Source: a virus (Duplodnaviria > Caudoviricetes). Taken from it: a stretch of DNA of 35,264 bases. The stretch is taken from the IMG/VR virus record IMGVR_UViG_3300028025_000966, positions 1 to 35,264 of that record; one strand, 5' to 3'. The notes under the pieces are model-generated. The model did no database searches, was not told the origin of the DNA, and saw only the letters and a program-made list of their open reading frames with translations. Positions 1-8,710 of this stretch are shown one piece after another (position 1 is the stretch's first letter; each line of letters starts with the position of its first letter). A program made the translations under genes and the position numbers.

Positions 1-134
1 CAATACTCAAGCCATACGTTGAATATGGTTTAGGTGAAGCTAAGAACCTTTATCAAGGTGCTAGTCCGCAATACTATCCGGGTCAAACTTATGTTGCCCC
101 ATCTGCACAAACTACTCAAGCCTTGGCAGCAGCC
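1..134. repeat. Terminal direct repeat, left copy (circular overlap with 35131-35264)
   Basis: 1-134 is identical to 35131-35264 except C at 8 vs T at 35138 (CTC/CTT, both Leu). The ORF reads in frame across the junction. Confidence 0.97.
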
Positions 135-1001
135 GGCAATCGTGCTATGGCAGGCAATCCATTGCTACCAGCAGCACAGCAACAACAACAAGCAGTAATC
201 GGTGGTCAGTATCTGAATAGCAATCCATACTTTAACCAAGCATTGGCTGGTGCAACACAGGGTGCAACTCAAGCCTATTTAGATGCAATTAAGTCTGCTC
301 AAGGTGGCGCATCAATGGCTGGTCGTTATGGCTCTGGTGTAAGTGCCGACATCCAAAATCGTGCTGCTAACACATTGTCAAATACATTGGCTAACAAGTA
401 CGGTGATTTAGCCTATCAAAACTATGCTACTGAACGTGGTAGACAAGAGGCTGCTGTTGCTAACGCACCTGCATTGGCTAACGCTGACTACACAGACATC
501 AATCAATTGCTTAAAACTGGTCAAGCGCAAGAAGACTACGCTAACACAGCACTACAGGCAGATATTAATCGCTTTAACTACGAGCAAAACTTGCCGACTG
601 CTAAACTTAACCAATACGCTCAATATTTATCTGGTACACCTCAAGGTTCTACTACTACAAGCACATCAAGTGGTGGTAAAATAGTATGTACCATGATGAA
701 CGAATCATACGGCATAGGTTCATTCCGTAACCGTGTATGGATTGCTCAATCAGCCCGAATGCCAAATGCTAAGACAATTGAAAAAGGCTACCATACATTA
801 TTCTTACCATTGGTTGCTTTTGCTAAAGGCAAAGGTGTTCTTAACCGTGCTGTTAAAAATACGCTTGAGCATATTGCTAAACATCGTACAGCAGACGTGT
901 ACAAAGAGATGCGTAACGGTAAGCGTGATACATTAGGTCGTATCTATCGCAACATTTTAGAGCCTATCTGCTACGTTGTTGGCAAAGTGAAGGGAGCTTA
1001 G
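1..1001 (+). CDS. Internal virion/DNA ejection protein, 3' part (true start at 35007, about 374 aa across the circular junction)
   Basis: ORF 123-1001 is in frame with ATG 35007 through the overlap. Q/A/G/N-rich; first of four ejection-type genes after the tail genes; C-terminal GGKIVCT domain. Confidence 0.75.
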   Translation, partial: ILKPYVEYGLGEAKNLYQGASPQYYPGQTYVAPSAQTTQALAAAGNRAMAGNPLLPAAQQQQQAVIGGQYLNSNPYFNQALAGATQGATQAYLDAIKSAQGGASMAGRYGSGVSADIQNRAANTLSNTLANKYGDLAYQNYATERGRQEAAVANAPALANADYTDINQLLKTGQAQEDYANTALQADINRFNYEQNLPTAKLNQYAQYLSGTPQGSTTTSTSSGGKIVCTMMNESYGIGSFRNRVWIAQSARMPNAKTIEKGYHTLFLPLVAFAKGKGVLNRAVKNTLEHIAKHRTADVYKEMRNGKRDTLGRIYRNILEPICYVVGKVKGA

Positions 1002-1002
1002 T

Positions 1003-1539
1003 ATGGGACAATTAGCTATTCCGATGATGATAGGTGCTGCCGTAGGTGGTGGTACAAAATTACTCCAAGGTAAAGGTGTTGGTGGCATTCTTAAAGGTGC
1101 TGCTTTAGGCGGTGCTTTAGGTGGTGCTACTGGCGGTGTCAGCAATTTATTAAGTAGTGGTGCTACTGCTGCTACAACTGCTACTCCATCATTATTGCCA
1201 GATGCTCTTGCTGGCACAATAGAAAGCTCAGGCATGGTATTTAATCCTGCTACAGGTTCTTATTTAGCTCCTGAAGCGTATTTAGGTGCAAGTTCTGCCA
1301 ATCCTATCTTAACTGCTGGTAACGGATTATTTAGTTCAATGCCAAGTGGTCTTTCAATAGACAATTTAAAAGGTGCAGCACAGGTAGCTAGTATGTATCA
1401 ACCACAGCCAATGCAAGCAGCACCAGCAGGTCGTATTGAGGTTGGGCAAGCACCTACTGGTGCGATATATGATGCGTTACGTCAAACTGGTTACACATTG
1501 CCTAAACGCAGAGAAACAAACTTTAGCTTGTTAGGATAA
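1003..1539 (+). CDS. Gly/Ala-rich internal virion (ejection) protein
   Basis: 178 aa; hydrophobic glycine-zipper N-terminus (GAALGGALGGATGG); GGGAG RBS; position in ejection cluster. Confidence 0.65.
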   Translation: MGQLAIPMMIGAAVGGGTKLLQGKGVGGILKGAALGGALGGATGGVSNLLSSGATAATTATPSLLPDALAGTIESSGMVFNPATGSYLAPEAYLGASSANPILTAGNGLFSSMPSGLSIDNLKGAAQVASMYQPQPMQAAPAGRIEVGQAPTGAIYDALRQTGYTLPKRRETNFSLLG

Positions 1540-1542
1540 ATT

Positions 1543-2745
1543 ATGGCAAACGGATTATTAGATTATATAAGTGGCTTTGGTGCAACTCCTCCAGAGTATT
1601 TGGGCGGTCTGCTTGGTCAAGAGGCTGTAGACAAGTTAAAAGGTCGTGCAGCTACTACTGGTATCGCCAATGCTGTATTAGGTTACCTAGCAGCACCTAA
1701 GAATCAAAACTTAGGATTAGGTCGTATCATTGGTCAATCACTACAGGCTGGTATGCAAGGCGCACAAGGTGTCTACGATAATGCTACACAAGATTACTTA
1801 GCTCAACAAAGAATTGCTGATTTACAGCGTAAACAAGCTCAACAATCACAAATGCAAAACATGATTGCTGGCATTAAAGACCCTAACGAAAGATTATTTG
1901 CCGAGTTAGCTCCAGAACAATATGTTGCTGCTAAATTAAAGCCAACAGAACGTAAATTTGAGAAAATTGGCAATCAATTAGTTGATGTAAGTAGTGGCAC
2001 TCCTACTGTCGCATTTACTGGTACAGAAGAAGTAACTCAACCATCTGCTGTGCAAGAATATAACTTTGCTAAATCTCAAGGTTATACTGGCTCGTTTACA
2101 GACTGGAAGAAAATGCAAAAACCTGAAGGTGTGAGTGTAACTTATGGCGCACCTGTATCTGGACTTGATGCTCAAGGCAACCCAGTATTCTTCCAACCAG
2201 CTAAAGGTGGTGGCGCACCGGCTATTATTCCTGGTGTAACTCCACAACCAGCAGTAGTAGCAGCACCTACTGAATCACAAGCTAAAGCAGCAACTTTTTA
2301 TAGTCAAATGACAAGTGCTAGTGATGAGTTGAAAAATTTAAAAACAGAAGGTTTTAATCCAAATACTTTAACAAATCAAGCTCAAATATCTATCGCTGGT
2401 ACACGTGGAGGAGCATTTGTGCCACAAGAAGCACAAAGAGCAAGACAAGCTCAAGAACAATGGGCAGAATCATTCTTACGCATTAAAACTGGTGCTGCTG
2501 CCACAAAAGATGAAGTTGATAGAAACGTCAAAACATTCTTCCCATCCATAGGTGATAAACCAGAAGCGGTTGCTCAAAAAGAACGTGCTAGAGCAAAAGC
2601 AGAACAAGATGTTTTAAAAATGACTAAACCAACTGCTCAACAAAAACCAAATTTTACAGTTAAAGACCAACAAGCATTGGATTGGGCAAAACAAAATCCT
2701 AATGACCCAAGAGCAACACAAATTAAACAACGATTGGGGTTATAA
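1543..2745 (+). CDS. DNA ejection/transfer protein (P22 gp20-like position)
   Basis: 400 aa Q/A-rich with AVQEYNFAKSQGYTGSFTDW and ESFLRIKTGAA segments typical of podophage injection proteins; AGGA RBS. Confidence 0.65.
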   Translation: MANGLLDYISGFGATPPEYLGGLLGQEAVDKLKGRAATTGIANAVLGYLAAPKNQNLGLGRIIGQSLQAGMQGAQGVYDNATQDYLAQQRIADLQRKQAQQSQMQNMIAGIKDPNERLFAELAPEQYVAAKLKPTERKFEKIGNQLVDVSSGTPTVAFTGTEEVTQPSAVQEYNFAKSQGYTGSFTDWKKMQKPEGVSVTYGAPVSGLDAQGNPVFFQPAKGGGAPAIIPGVTPQPAVVAAPTESQAKAATFYSQMTSASDELKNLKTEGFNPNTLTNQAQISIAGTRGGAFVPQEAQRARQAQEQWAESFLRIKTGAAATKDEVDRNVKTFFPSIGDKPEAVAQKERARAKAEQDVLKMTKPTAQQKPNFTVKDQQALDWAKQNPNDPRATQIKQRLGL

Positions 2746-4317
2746 ATGGCAGAATTTAATCCAGATGAGTATTTACAATCTAATGAGTTTAATCCTGATG
2801 AATATTTAGGTGTTACTCCAACTGTATCAGTTACAGCAAAAAGACTACCACCACAAAGACCTATGTCTGAAGAATTAATGCGCCAAGCAGGATTAACTGG
2901 TCGCTATGGTTTAGAAGGACTTGGTTCTATTGTTGATTTAGCACAAGCACCTATTCGTGGCGCAATCAATCTTGCCATGCCTAAAGATAGGCAATTGCAA
3001 CCTGTTTCATTAGGTGGTTCTATTGCTGATATGTTAGGTTTGCCACAACCAGAAACTGGAACTGAAAGAGTGGTTGGCGATGTAAGTCGTGCTATTGCTG
3101 GTACTAGTGGAGTCATGAAATTGGCTGGTGGATTATCTCCTACATCAGCAATTGGTCGTAATGTTGCAACATCTTTATCTGCCAATGCACCTACACAACT
3201 TGCTGGTGCTGTTGGTGCTGGTGGTGCTGGTGGCTTAACTAGAGAAGCTGGTGGCGGTGAAGTAGCACAAATGCTTGCTGGATTAGGTGGAGGTATGGCT
3301 GGTGGTGCTTTAGTTTCACCAAAACCAATTGGCTTATCAAAAGAACAATTACAAAACATAAACAAAGACAAACTATTAAATACTGCACAAAAAGCAGGTT
3401 ATATAGCTTTGCCAAGCGATGTTGGTGCTGGTAAAGGTGCAAAAGCACTTGAAACATTGTCTGGTAAATTTAAGTCTGAAGAATTGGCATCATCTAAAAA
3501 TCAAAATGTTGCTAATAATTTAACTAGAAAATATCTTGGTTTGCCTGAATCAGCTCCTTTGAATGATGATACATTCTCTGCATTACGAGATACTTATGGT
3601 GAACCATACAGATTGGCATCACAACTTCCAGCCGGTCAAATTGGCACGACATCAACTAAATCAATGGCTACTGGTAAAGTATCAACCATGCCTGTTATGA
3701 AAAATGGCGCACAAATTGTTGATGAATTAAAAATGGCTAGAGATGATGCACGTGCAGCATGGAAGTCATATAATTCTGGTACAGCAAATAATCCTACTGA
3801 ATTGCGTAAACAAGCTCAAGCATCAGAAAAACTTGTTACTCAATTAGAAAAACAATTGGATTCTTTAGCTCAATCAGCTAATCAACCAGATTTGCTTAAA
3901 GCATTAAATGATGCAAGACGCAATATAGCAAAAGTATATACAGTAGAAAAAGCTACTATTGGTGAAAACCTAATTGATTACCGTAAGATTGGTAAAGCAA
4001 TTGATAAAGGCGCACCAGTTACAGGTGAGTTAGCATTAGCAGGTAAGTTTGCTAAAGAGTTCCCACGTGTGAATAAACCAGTTGCTTATGAGCCTACAGC
4101 ATTCACTTTGCCGGATGTATTTGCATCTGGTGTTGGTCTTGGTATTGATGCTTTAACTGGTGTTCCATTTGCTAGTGGATTTCCTGCTGCTCGTGTAGGT
4201 AGTCGCTACTTAATGGAATCTGCACCATTCCAGCAAAGATACGTTAAACCAAAATATGACCCATTAGTTACTCCGTACTTACCATACGCAGGATTATTAT
4301 CAACACAAAATCAATAA
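2746..4317 (+). CDS. Large DNA ejection protein (P22 gp16-like position)
   Basis: 523 aa; duplicated N-terminal EFNPDEYL; glycine-rich membrane-like segment; last gene before lysis cluster. Confidence 0.65.
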   Translation: MAEFNPDEYLQSNEFNPDEYLGVTPTVSVTAKRLPPQRPMSEELMRQAGLTGRYGLEGLGSIVDLAQAPIRGAINLAMPKDRQLQPVSLGGSIADMLGLPQPETGTERVVGDVSRAIAGTSGVMKLAGGLSPTSAIGRNVATSLSANAPTQLAGAVGAGGAGGLTREAGGGEVAQMLAGLGGGMAGGALVSPKPIGLSKEQLQNINKDKLLNTAQKAGYIALPSDVGAGKGAKALETLSGKFKSEELASSKNQNVANNLTRKYLGLPESAPLNDDTFSALRDTYGEPYRLASQLPAGQIGTTSTKSMATGKVSTMPVMKNGAQIVDELKMARDDARAAWKSYNSGTANNPTELRKQAQASEKLVTQLEKQLDSLAQSANQPDLLKALNDARRNIAKVYTVEKATIGENLIDYRKIGKAIDKGAPVTGELALAGKFAKEFPRVNKPVAYEPTAFTLPDVFASGVGLGIDALTGVPFASGFPAARVGSRYLMESAPFQQRYVKPKYDPLVTPYLPYAGLLSTQNQ

Positions 4318-4326
4318 GGAAGTAGC

Positions 4327-4503
4327 ATGACTCCAGAAGAACAAAAAGAACTACACAAAGCAGCATTCAAAGAAGCTATTTCCGAGTGGCTAGACAAGCA
4401 ATTTGCAACAGTTGGTAAGTGGACATTACGTGGCATATTATCGGTGGCTCTAGGTATGTTCCTGTATGCCTACGCTGCTGCACATGGCTGGGTAATAAAG
4501 TGA
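4327..4503 (+). CDS. Small membrane protein, holin/antiholin candidate (58 aa, not in ORF track)
   Basis: MTPEEQKELHKAAFKEAISEWLDKQFATVGKWTLRGILSVALGMFLYAYAAAHGWVIK; AAGGAAG RBS; single C-terminal TM. Confidence 0.75.
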   Translation: MTPEEQKELHKAAFKEAISEWLDKQFATVGKWTLRGILSVALGMFLYAYAAAHGWVIK

Positions 4504-4673
4504 AACAAGTCATGATTAATCGCATTGCATTATGCGATAAGTGTCGGCAAGCATTTATTATCAACGAGCAGGGCGATGAAACTACCTGTGACAATTGTTT
4601 AGCGGAAGACGAGCTAACACATGAACTGCTAGACTCCGGTGACTTGATTGGGATTAATTATGACCGTGCATAA
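4500..4673 (+). CDS. Small CxxC...CxxC zinc-ribbon protein
   Basis: CDKC...CDNC; GTG 4500 overlaps previous stop (alternative ATG 4512). Confidence 0.55.
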   Translation: MKQVMINRIALCDKCRQAFIINEQGDETTCDNCLAEDELTHELLDSGDLIGINYDRA

Positions 4674-4848
4674 ACTATTTGGTATGCAAGACTACTTTCA
4701 ACACATGGTCGGCAAAACCATAGAGGAAGTGGCTATCTTTGATGGTGAGCTAGTAATATTCCTAGATGACTTGTCAGAGGTATGCATATTTGAAGACGAA
4801 GCAGGGTTGGCAATGCAGATAAACGAACGACCAGAATTGGATGGATAA
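4660..4848 (+). CDS. Small acidic hypothetical protein
   Basis: ATG 4660 in track ORF 4648-4848; stop overlaps endolysin ATG (TAATG). Confidence 0.6.
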   Translation: MTVHKLFGMQDYFQHMVGKTIEEVAIFDGELVIFLDDLSEVCIFEDEAGLAMQINERPELDG

Positions 4849-5288
4849 TGAAGTTATCGGAGCATTTTAATCTTAATGAATTTACCATATCACAGACGGC
4901 AACACGTAAAGGCATTGACAACACACCGCCAGAGCCAGTTATTGAAAGGCTGCGTATGTTGGCTGCTACTCTTGAGCGAGTTCGTGGTTTACTTGGCAAT
5001 AGTCCTATCCGCATTTCTAGTGGTTATCGTTGCAAAGAGCTTAATCGTGCTATCGGTAGTAGTGATAACTCTGCTCATGTGCTTGGGTATGCCGTGGACT
5101 TCACCTGCCCTATATTTGGCACACCTAAAGAAGTAGCCAATGAAATAGCAAAGTCAGACATTAAGTTTGACCAGATTATATATGAAGGAACATGGGTACA
5201 TCTAAGCGTAGACCCACGTAACCGTAGAGAAGTATTAACTGCTACATTTAAAAATGGTAAGGCATACTACAGCAAAGGCATAGCATGA
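4848..5288 (+). CDS. Endolysin, peptidase M15 (Zn D-Ala-D-Ala-type peptidase)
   Basis: LSEHFNLNEF, ISSGYRC..LN..IG, SAHVLGYAVD, WVHLS motifs (H-D-H zinc ligands). Confidence 0.92.
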   Translation: MKLSEHFNLNEFTISQTATRKGIDNTPPEPVIERLRMLAATLERVRGLLGNSPIRISSGYRCKELNRAIGSSDNSAHVLGYAVDFTCPIFGTPKEVANEIAKSDIKFDQIIYEGTWVHLSVDPRNRREVLTATFKNGKAYYSKGIA

Positions 5289-5473
5289 AGAAGTGGTATA
5301 AGTCCAAGACTTTATGGTTTAACGTAGCTGTTGCCATTGGTACGGCAGTAGAGGCTTCATTGACTTTAGTAGAAGGCTACTTTGACCCTAGGGTGTTCTT
5401 GGCATTGATTGGTTTAACGGCTGGTGTTAATGTTATATTGCGCTTTCTCACTACCACCGGAGTGTCCAAGTGA
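5285..5473 (+). CDS. Holin (2 TM)
   Basis: 62 aa; KWYKSKTLWFN start; two hydrophobic helices; between endolysin and spanin. Confidence 0.75.
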   Translation: MKKWYKSKTLWFNVAVAIGTAVEASLTLVEGYFDPRVFLALIGLTAGVNVILRFLTTTGVSK

Positions 5474-5943
5474 TACCGTTGACCTTTAACTTCAAACACG
5501 CATTAGTTGCCGGTGCTATCTTTGTGGCATTTAGTGCTGGGTGGACTGTCAATGGTTGGAGGCACGATGCTGCTATTAAGAAAGCATTACAGGAAACAAT
5601 AGACCTGCAACAAGCCTACGACAAGTACGCTAGGGAATCAACAATTAAGTTTCAGAAACAGCAAGCAGACCAAGCTATTGTATATCGTGAATTAAAAAGG
5701 AAAGTGACCAATGTTACGGATAATCGTGTGTGTTTTGCTGACAGCAATGCTCTCAGCTTGTGGAACAGCGCTCTTACAGGGGACTTGCCCAAAGCCACCA
5801 CAGGAACTACTAAAACGACCACCAGCACCAATACCGCTACAGACACAGCCATCTTAATAAATGCAATAGAAAACTTTGAGCAATCCAAGCAAGTACGTGA
5901 CCAGCTCAATGCGCTAATAGACTGGTACGAGAATAATAAATAA
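5470..5943 (+). CDS. Rz-like inner-membrane spanin
   Basis: N-terminal TM ending AGWTVNGWR, coiled-coil periplasmic region, contains an embedded lipoprotein ORF. Confidence 0.8.
   Translation: MIPLTFNFKHALVAGAIFVAFSAGWTVNGWRHDAAIKKALQETIDLQQAYDKYARESTIKFQKQQADQAIVYRELKRKVTNVTDNRVCFADSNALSLWNSALTGDLPKATTGTTKTTTSTNTATDTAILINAIENFEQSKQVRDQLNALIDWYENNK
5711..5857 (+). CDS. Rz1-like outer-membrane spanin lipoprotein embedded in Rz (+1 frame, not in ORF track)
   Basis: MLRIIVCVLLTAMLSAC-GTALLQGTCPKPPQELLKRPPAPIPLQTQPS: signal peptide, LSAC lipobox, proline-rich mature part. Confidence 0.88.
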   Translation: MLRIIVCVLLTAMLSACGTALLQGTCPKPPQELLKRPPAPIPLQTQPS

Positions 5944-5952
5944 GGATAAGTT

Positions 5953-7113
5953 ATGGCACTAACACAACAACAATTTATGCAACTAATGGGTGGCAAACGT
6001 GAGCCAGTAACGGCATCTCTTGCATCTGTGTTAGATTTAATTAAAAAACCATTAGATTATTATGCTGTAGATAAGCGAGTGCCATTAGTAGGCGGTCAAT
6101 CAGCAGCAGACTTAATTGGTCTTAGTGGTACACAATCACTAGTGCAAGACTTTAGCCAAGGCAAGCCAATGATGCGTGACGGTTTGCCTGATGAGCGTTT
6201 TATTGATGCTGCCGGCATGATACCTATGATTAAACCTGCTGCCGTTGGTGCAGGACAGGCTGCTAAATATTTAGGTAAAGAGGCATTAAGACAAGGCTAC
6301 GAAGGTACTGGTTTGCTTGGTAAGATTGCACCAGACATTAAAATGCCAATTACAGCATGGCATGGCAGTCCTTACAGATTTGATAAGTTTGACCCTACTA
6401 AGATTGGTAGTGGAGAAGGCGCACAAGCATACGGTCATGGATTATATTTTGCTGAAAATCCTAAAGTTGCACAATCTTATGCAAATATAGAACCTGCTGG
6501 TGAAATAGCTTCTCCAAGACGAACAATTTTTGGAAAAGAAGTAGAACCAAGAACACCTGAATATAAAGCAGCGCAATTAGTTGATGAATTAGGATTAAAT
6601 AAAGCTAAAAAATATGTTTCAGATTGGGTAAAAAATTCAAGACCAGATGAAATAGATTTTTCTAGTAACATAAACAATATATTGTCTTCAGTAAATAAAA
6701 AATCAGAAGTTAAAAATTTAGGTACAAGTAATTTATATAAAGTTGATATTCCAGATACGCATATAGAAAATATGTTAAATTGGGATAAACCAATAAGTCA
6801 GCAAACTCCTAAAGTAATTGCTGCAATAAATAAAACAAAGAAATCTCTTACAAGTGATGATTTGGCAGAATTAGGTGGCGATGCAGGATTGCTATATGGT
6901 AAAGACATAACACCTGCACAATTTTTAAATACATGGGAAATTATTAGAGGTCAGCCTAATGTTGGCGAATCACTATTAAATCAACATGGAGTTAAAGGTG
7001 TAAAATATTTTGATAATCCTAGCAGAGATGCAATGAAAGGCACTCAAAACTTTGTAGTGTTTGATTCAGACATAGTTAAGATATTAGAGCGCAATAAACA
7101 ACCAATTAAATAA
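5953..7113 (+). CDS. Protein with C-terminal ADP-ribosyltransferase-fold (ART-PolyVal-like) domain
   Basis: AWHGSPYRFDKFD..KIGSGEGAQAYGHGLYFAENPKVAQSY ... LYKVDIP ... GVKGVKY ... NFVVFD; N-terminal third resembles virion-protein low-complexity sequence. Confidence 0.7.
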   Translation: MALTQQQFMQLMGGKREPVTASLASVLDLIKKPLDYYAVDKRVPLVGGQSAADLIGLSGTQSLVQDFSQGKPMMRDGLPDERFIDAAGMIPMIKPAAVGAGQAAKYLGKEALRQGYEGTGLLGKIAPDIKMPITAWHGSPYRFDKFDPTKIGSGEGAQAYGHGLYFAENPKVAQSYANIEPAGEIASPRRTIFGKEVEPRTPEYKAAQLVDELGLNKAKKYVSDWVKNSRPDEIDFSSNINNILSSVNKKSEVKNLGTSNLYKVDIPDTHIENMLNWDKPISQQTPKVIAAINKTKKSLTSDDLAELGGDAGLLYGKDITPAQFLNTWEIIRGQPNVGESLLNQHGVKGVKYFDNPSRDAMKGTQNFVVFDSDIVKILERNKQPIK

Positions 7114-7151
7114 TTAATCCGTAATCATTCCAATGTCGCAGGTATGTCTTT

Positions 7152-8318
7152 CTATTTAAGCATATCTGAATTAATTGTTAACCTAGATACTTCACCATAA
7201 CGCTTATCGTATGTTATTACTTTAGCATCACGACCAGTTAGCCAGCCACCACGAGCAGAATAGGCATCAGCAGGTGCTAGTGTACGGTGTTGCTCCACTA
7301 TCATTAGGTTGTTTTCTTTAACGTCTATGTGGTGAAGATGACCTGTATGGGCATAGGCATACTTGGTGCGACCAAACATTTCACGGAACTGACCAGCAAA
7401 TACCTCGCTGACATTGTGAACCCTACGCTTGTGTCCATGATGGAAGAATAACGCTGTCTTACCAAACTCAAACGCATTGTATGGGTTAGGTGATGTATCT
7501 ACCGTTACTCTTGGCTCATTCTCATACATAACACTAAACCATTCACGTAACCATATTTGACTAACTGGGTCGTGGTTAGCATCAGCCATAATGATGTGCA
7601 AGTTTTGGTGTTTCTGTAACAGCATATCAATGACTGTACGCAATACACGTATAGATGACCGAACTAATTTTGAGAATCGTGAGTCTACGTCTAGCAGATG
7701 TTTAGATGCTGGTGTTACTGCATCCATCCCATCAAAGTGTAGGAAGTCGGATAGCTGGGCAAACACAGCTTGATTAGCATGAGGTGATTGCTGTATTGCT
7801 TGAGCAAACCATTTGATGATTAATTCTTCTGCTATTTTTACATCCCAGTTCTCACCGCATTCTTCATCCCAAGCAAGCATACCCATGTGGTAATCGGTAA
7901 TTACGTAGCAGTTAAGCAGATTATCATTGCCTAAAGGTGGAGGCTCTGTCATTGAGATGCGAGGTATTTCTTCCTTCATTGCCTCAACAGCTTGAAGCAT
8001 AAGCTCCTGCATCTTATTGTCATCAATACGGCTCTTAACCCATTGCCCACTAGCCTTACCTTCAGCATTGTAGTAGGTAGACACACCACGAACTATAAAT
8101 GGCTCTGGTGCTACCCTTGTCATGTCGTGATTAGGTGCGTAGCCGGCTAGTGCTGCTTTAGCCTTTAATCCTCTAACGGCAACATCAACTACCGTGGCAG
8201 TTACATTAAAGAACTTGGCTGCTGCACGATTAGAACCTAGTTCACAAGACTTTGAGTAGTATTCCCATTGTCGGTTGGTAGCATACTGCGCTAATTTATC
8301 ATCTATTGGAGTTACCAT
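7152..8318 (-). CDS. Calcineurin-like metallophosphoesterase with N-terminal HTH-like region
   Basis: TDYHMG, SDFLHFDG, ANHD, HHGH, GHLHH metal-binding motifs; ATG 8318 has AGGA RBS (track start 8360 is probably too early). Confidence 0.8.
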   Translation of the reverse strand: MVTPIDDKLAQYATNRQWEYYSKSCELGSNRAAAKFFNVTATVVDVAVRGLKAKAALAGYAPNHDMTRVAPEPFIVRGVSTYYNAEGKASGQWVKSRIDDNKMQELMLQAVEAMKEEIPRISMTEPPPLGNDNLLNCYVITDYHMGMLAWDEECGENWDVKIAEELIIKWFAQAIQQSPHANQAVFAQLSDFLHFDGMDAVTPASKHLLDVDSRFSKLVRSSIRVLRTVIDMLLQKHQNLHIIMADANHDPVSQIWLREWFSVMYENEPRVTVDTSPNPYNAFEFGKTALFFHHGHKRRVHNVSEVFAGQFREMFGRTKYAYAHTGHLHHIDVKENNLMIVEQHRTLAPADAYSARGGWLTGRDAKVITYDKRYGEVSRLTINSDMLK

Positions 8319-8442
8319 ATTTATTCCTATGTTTTTGTTTATTATATACATATTTTGCATAGTATGTAGATATAATTAACCCTACCACAATACCTAGTAT
8401 AAAAGCCTCTTTGTAACACAAGATGTAGTCTAAGGTGTACAT
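8299..8442 (-). CDS. Small single-TM protein (47 aa)
   Basis: MYTLDYILCYKEAFILGIVVGLIISTYYAKYVYNKQKHRNKYGNSNR; overlaps both neighbours. Confidence 0.5.
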   Translation of the reverse strand: MYTLDYILCYKEAFILGIVVGLIISTYYAKYVYNKQKHRNKYGNSNR

Positions 8443-8597
8443 TGATATTCTTCTTTCATTGCCTCAATGCCTCTCATAAGCAAAACTTCAAAGCCTAGCT
8501 GCATTAAGTACATTTTACCTTCTTCGTCTATGTTTAGCTCCGCAATACCGCTACCGTCTGGATGGTCTTTAATATCACCGATTAATTCTATTTTCAT
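8430..8597 (-). CDS. Small hypothetical protein (55 aa)
   Basis: MKIELIGDIKDHPDGSGIAELNIDEEGKMYLMQLGFEVLL...; AAGGA RBS. Confidence 0.65.
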   Translation of the reverse strand: MKIELIGDIKDHPDGSGIAELNIDEEGKMYLMQLGFEVLLMRGIEAMKEEYQCTP

Positions 8598-8661
8598 TTT
8601 GTTTCCTTATTACGACTTTATTGAACCGCTTTGCAATATAGTAGCGACTTTATTAAAGGGT

Positions 8662-8710
8662 GGGGTACTCACCAACTTAACGCGAGTCGTGTGCGTGTCA
8701 GTTTTTCCCC
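8662..8710 (-). ncRNA. Candidate intergenic hairpin with loop-E (GAA/AGUA) motif
   Basis: Minus strand GGGGAAAAACUGACACGC-ACACGACUC-GCGUUAAGUUGGUGAGUACCCC; G/C closing stem, GAA opposite AGUA. Confidence 0.4.

Noticed and set aside
957-3457. Minus-strand ORFs 957-1235, 1978-2247, 2904-3371, 3239-3457 and similar shadows over structural genes (e.g. 23528-23836, 33337-33795)
   Set aside because: Antisense shadows of well-supported genes, with no RBS or recognisable motifs.
4376-4594. Track ORFs 4376-4594 (-) and the 4419 start of 4419-4673
   Set aside because: The region is better explained by 4327-4503 (strong RBS) followed by a 4500/4512 start.
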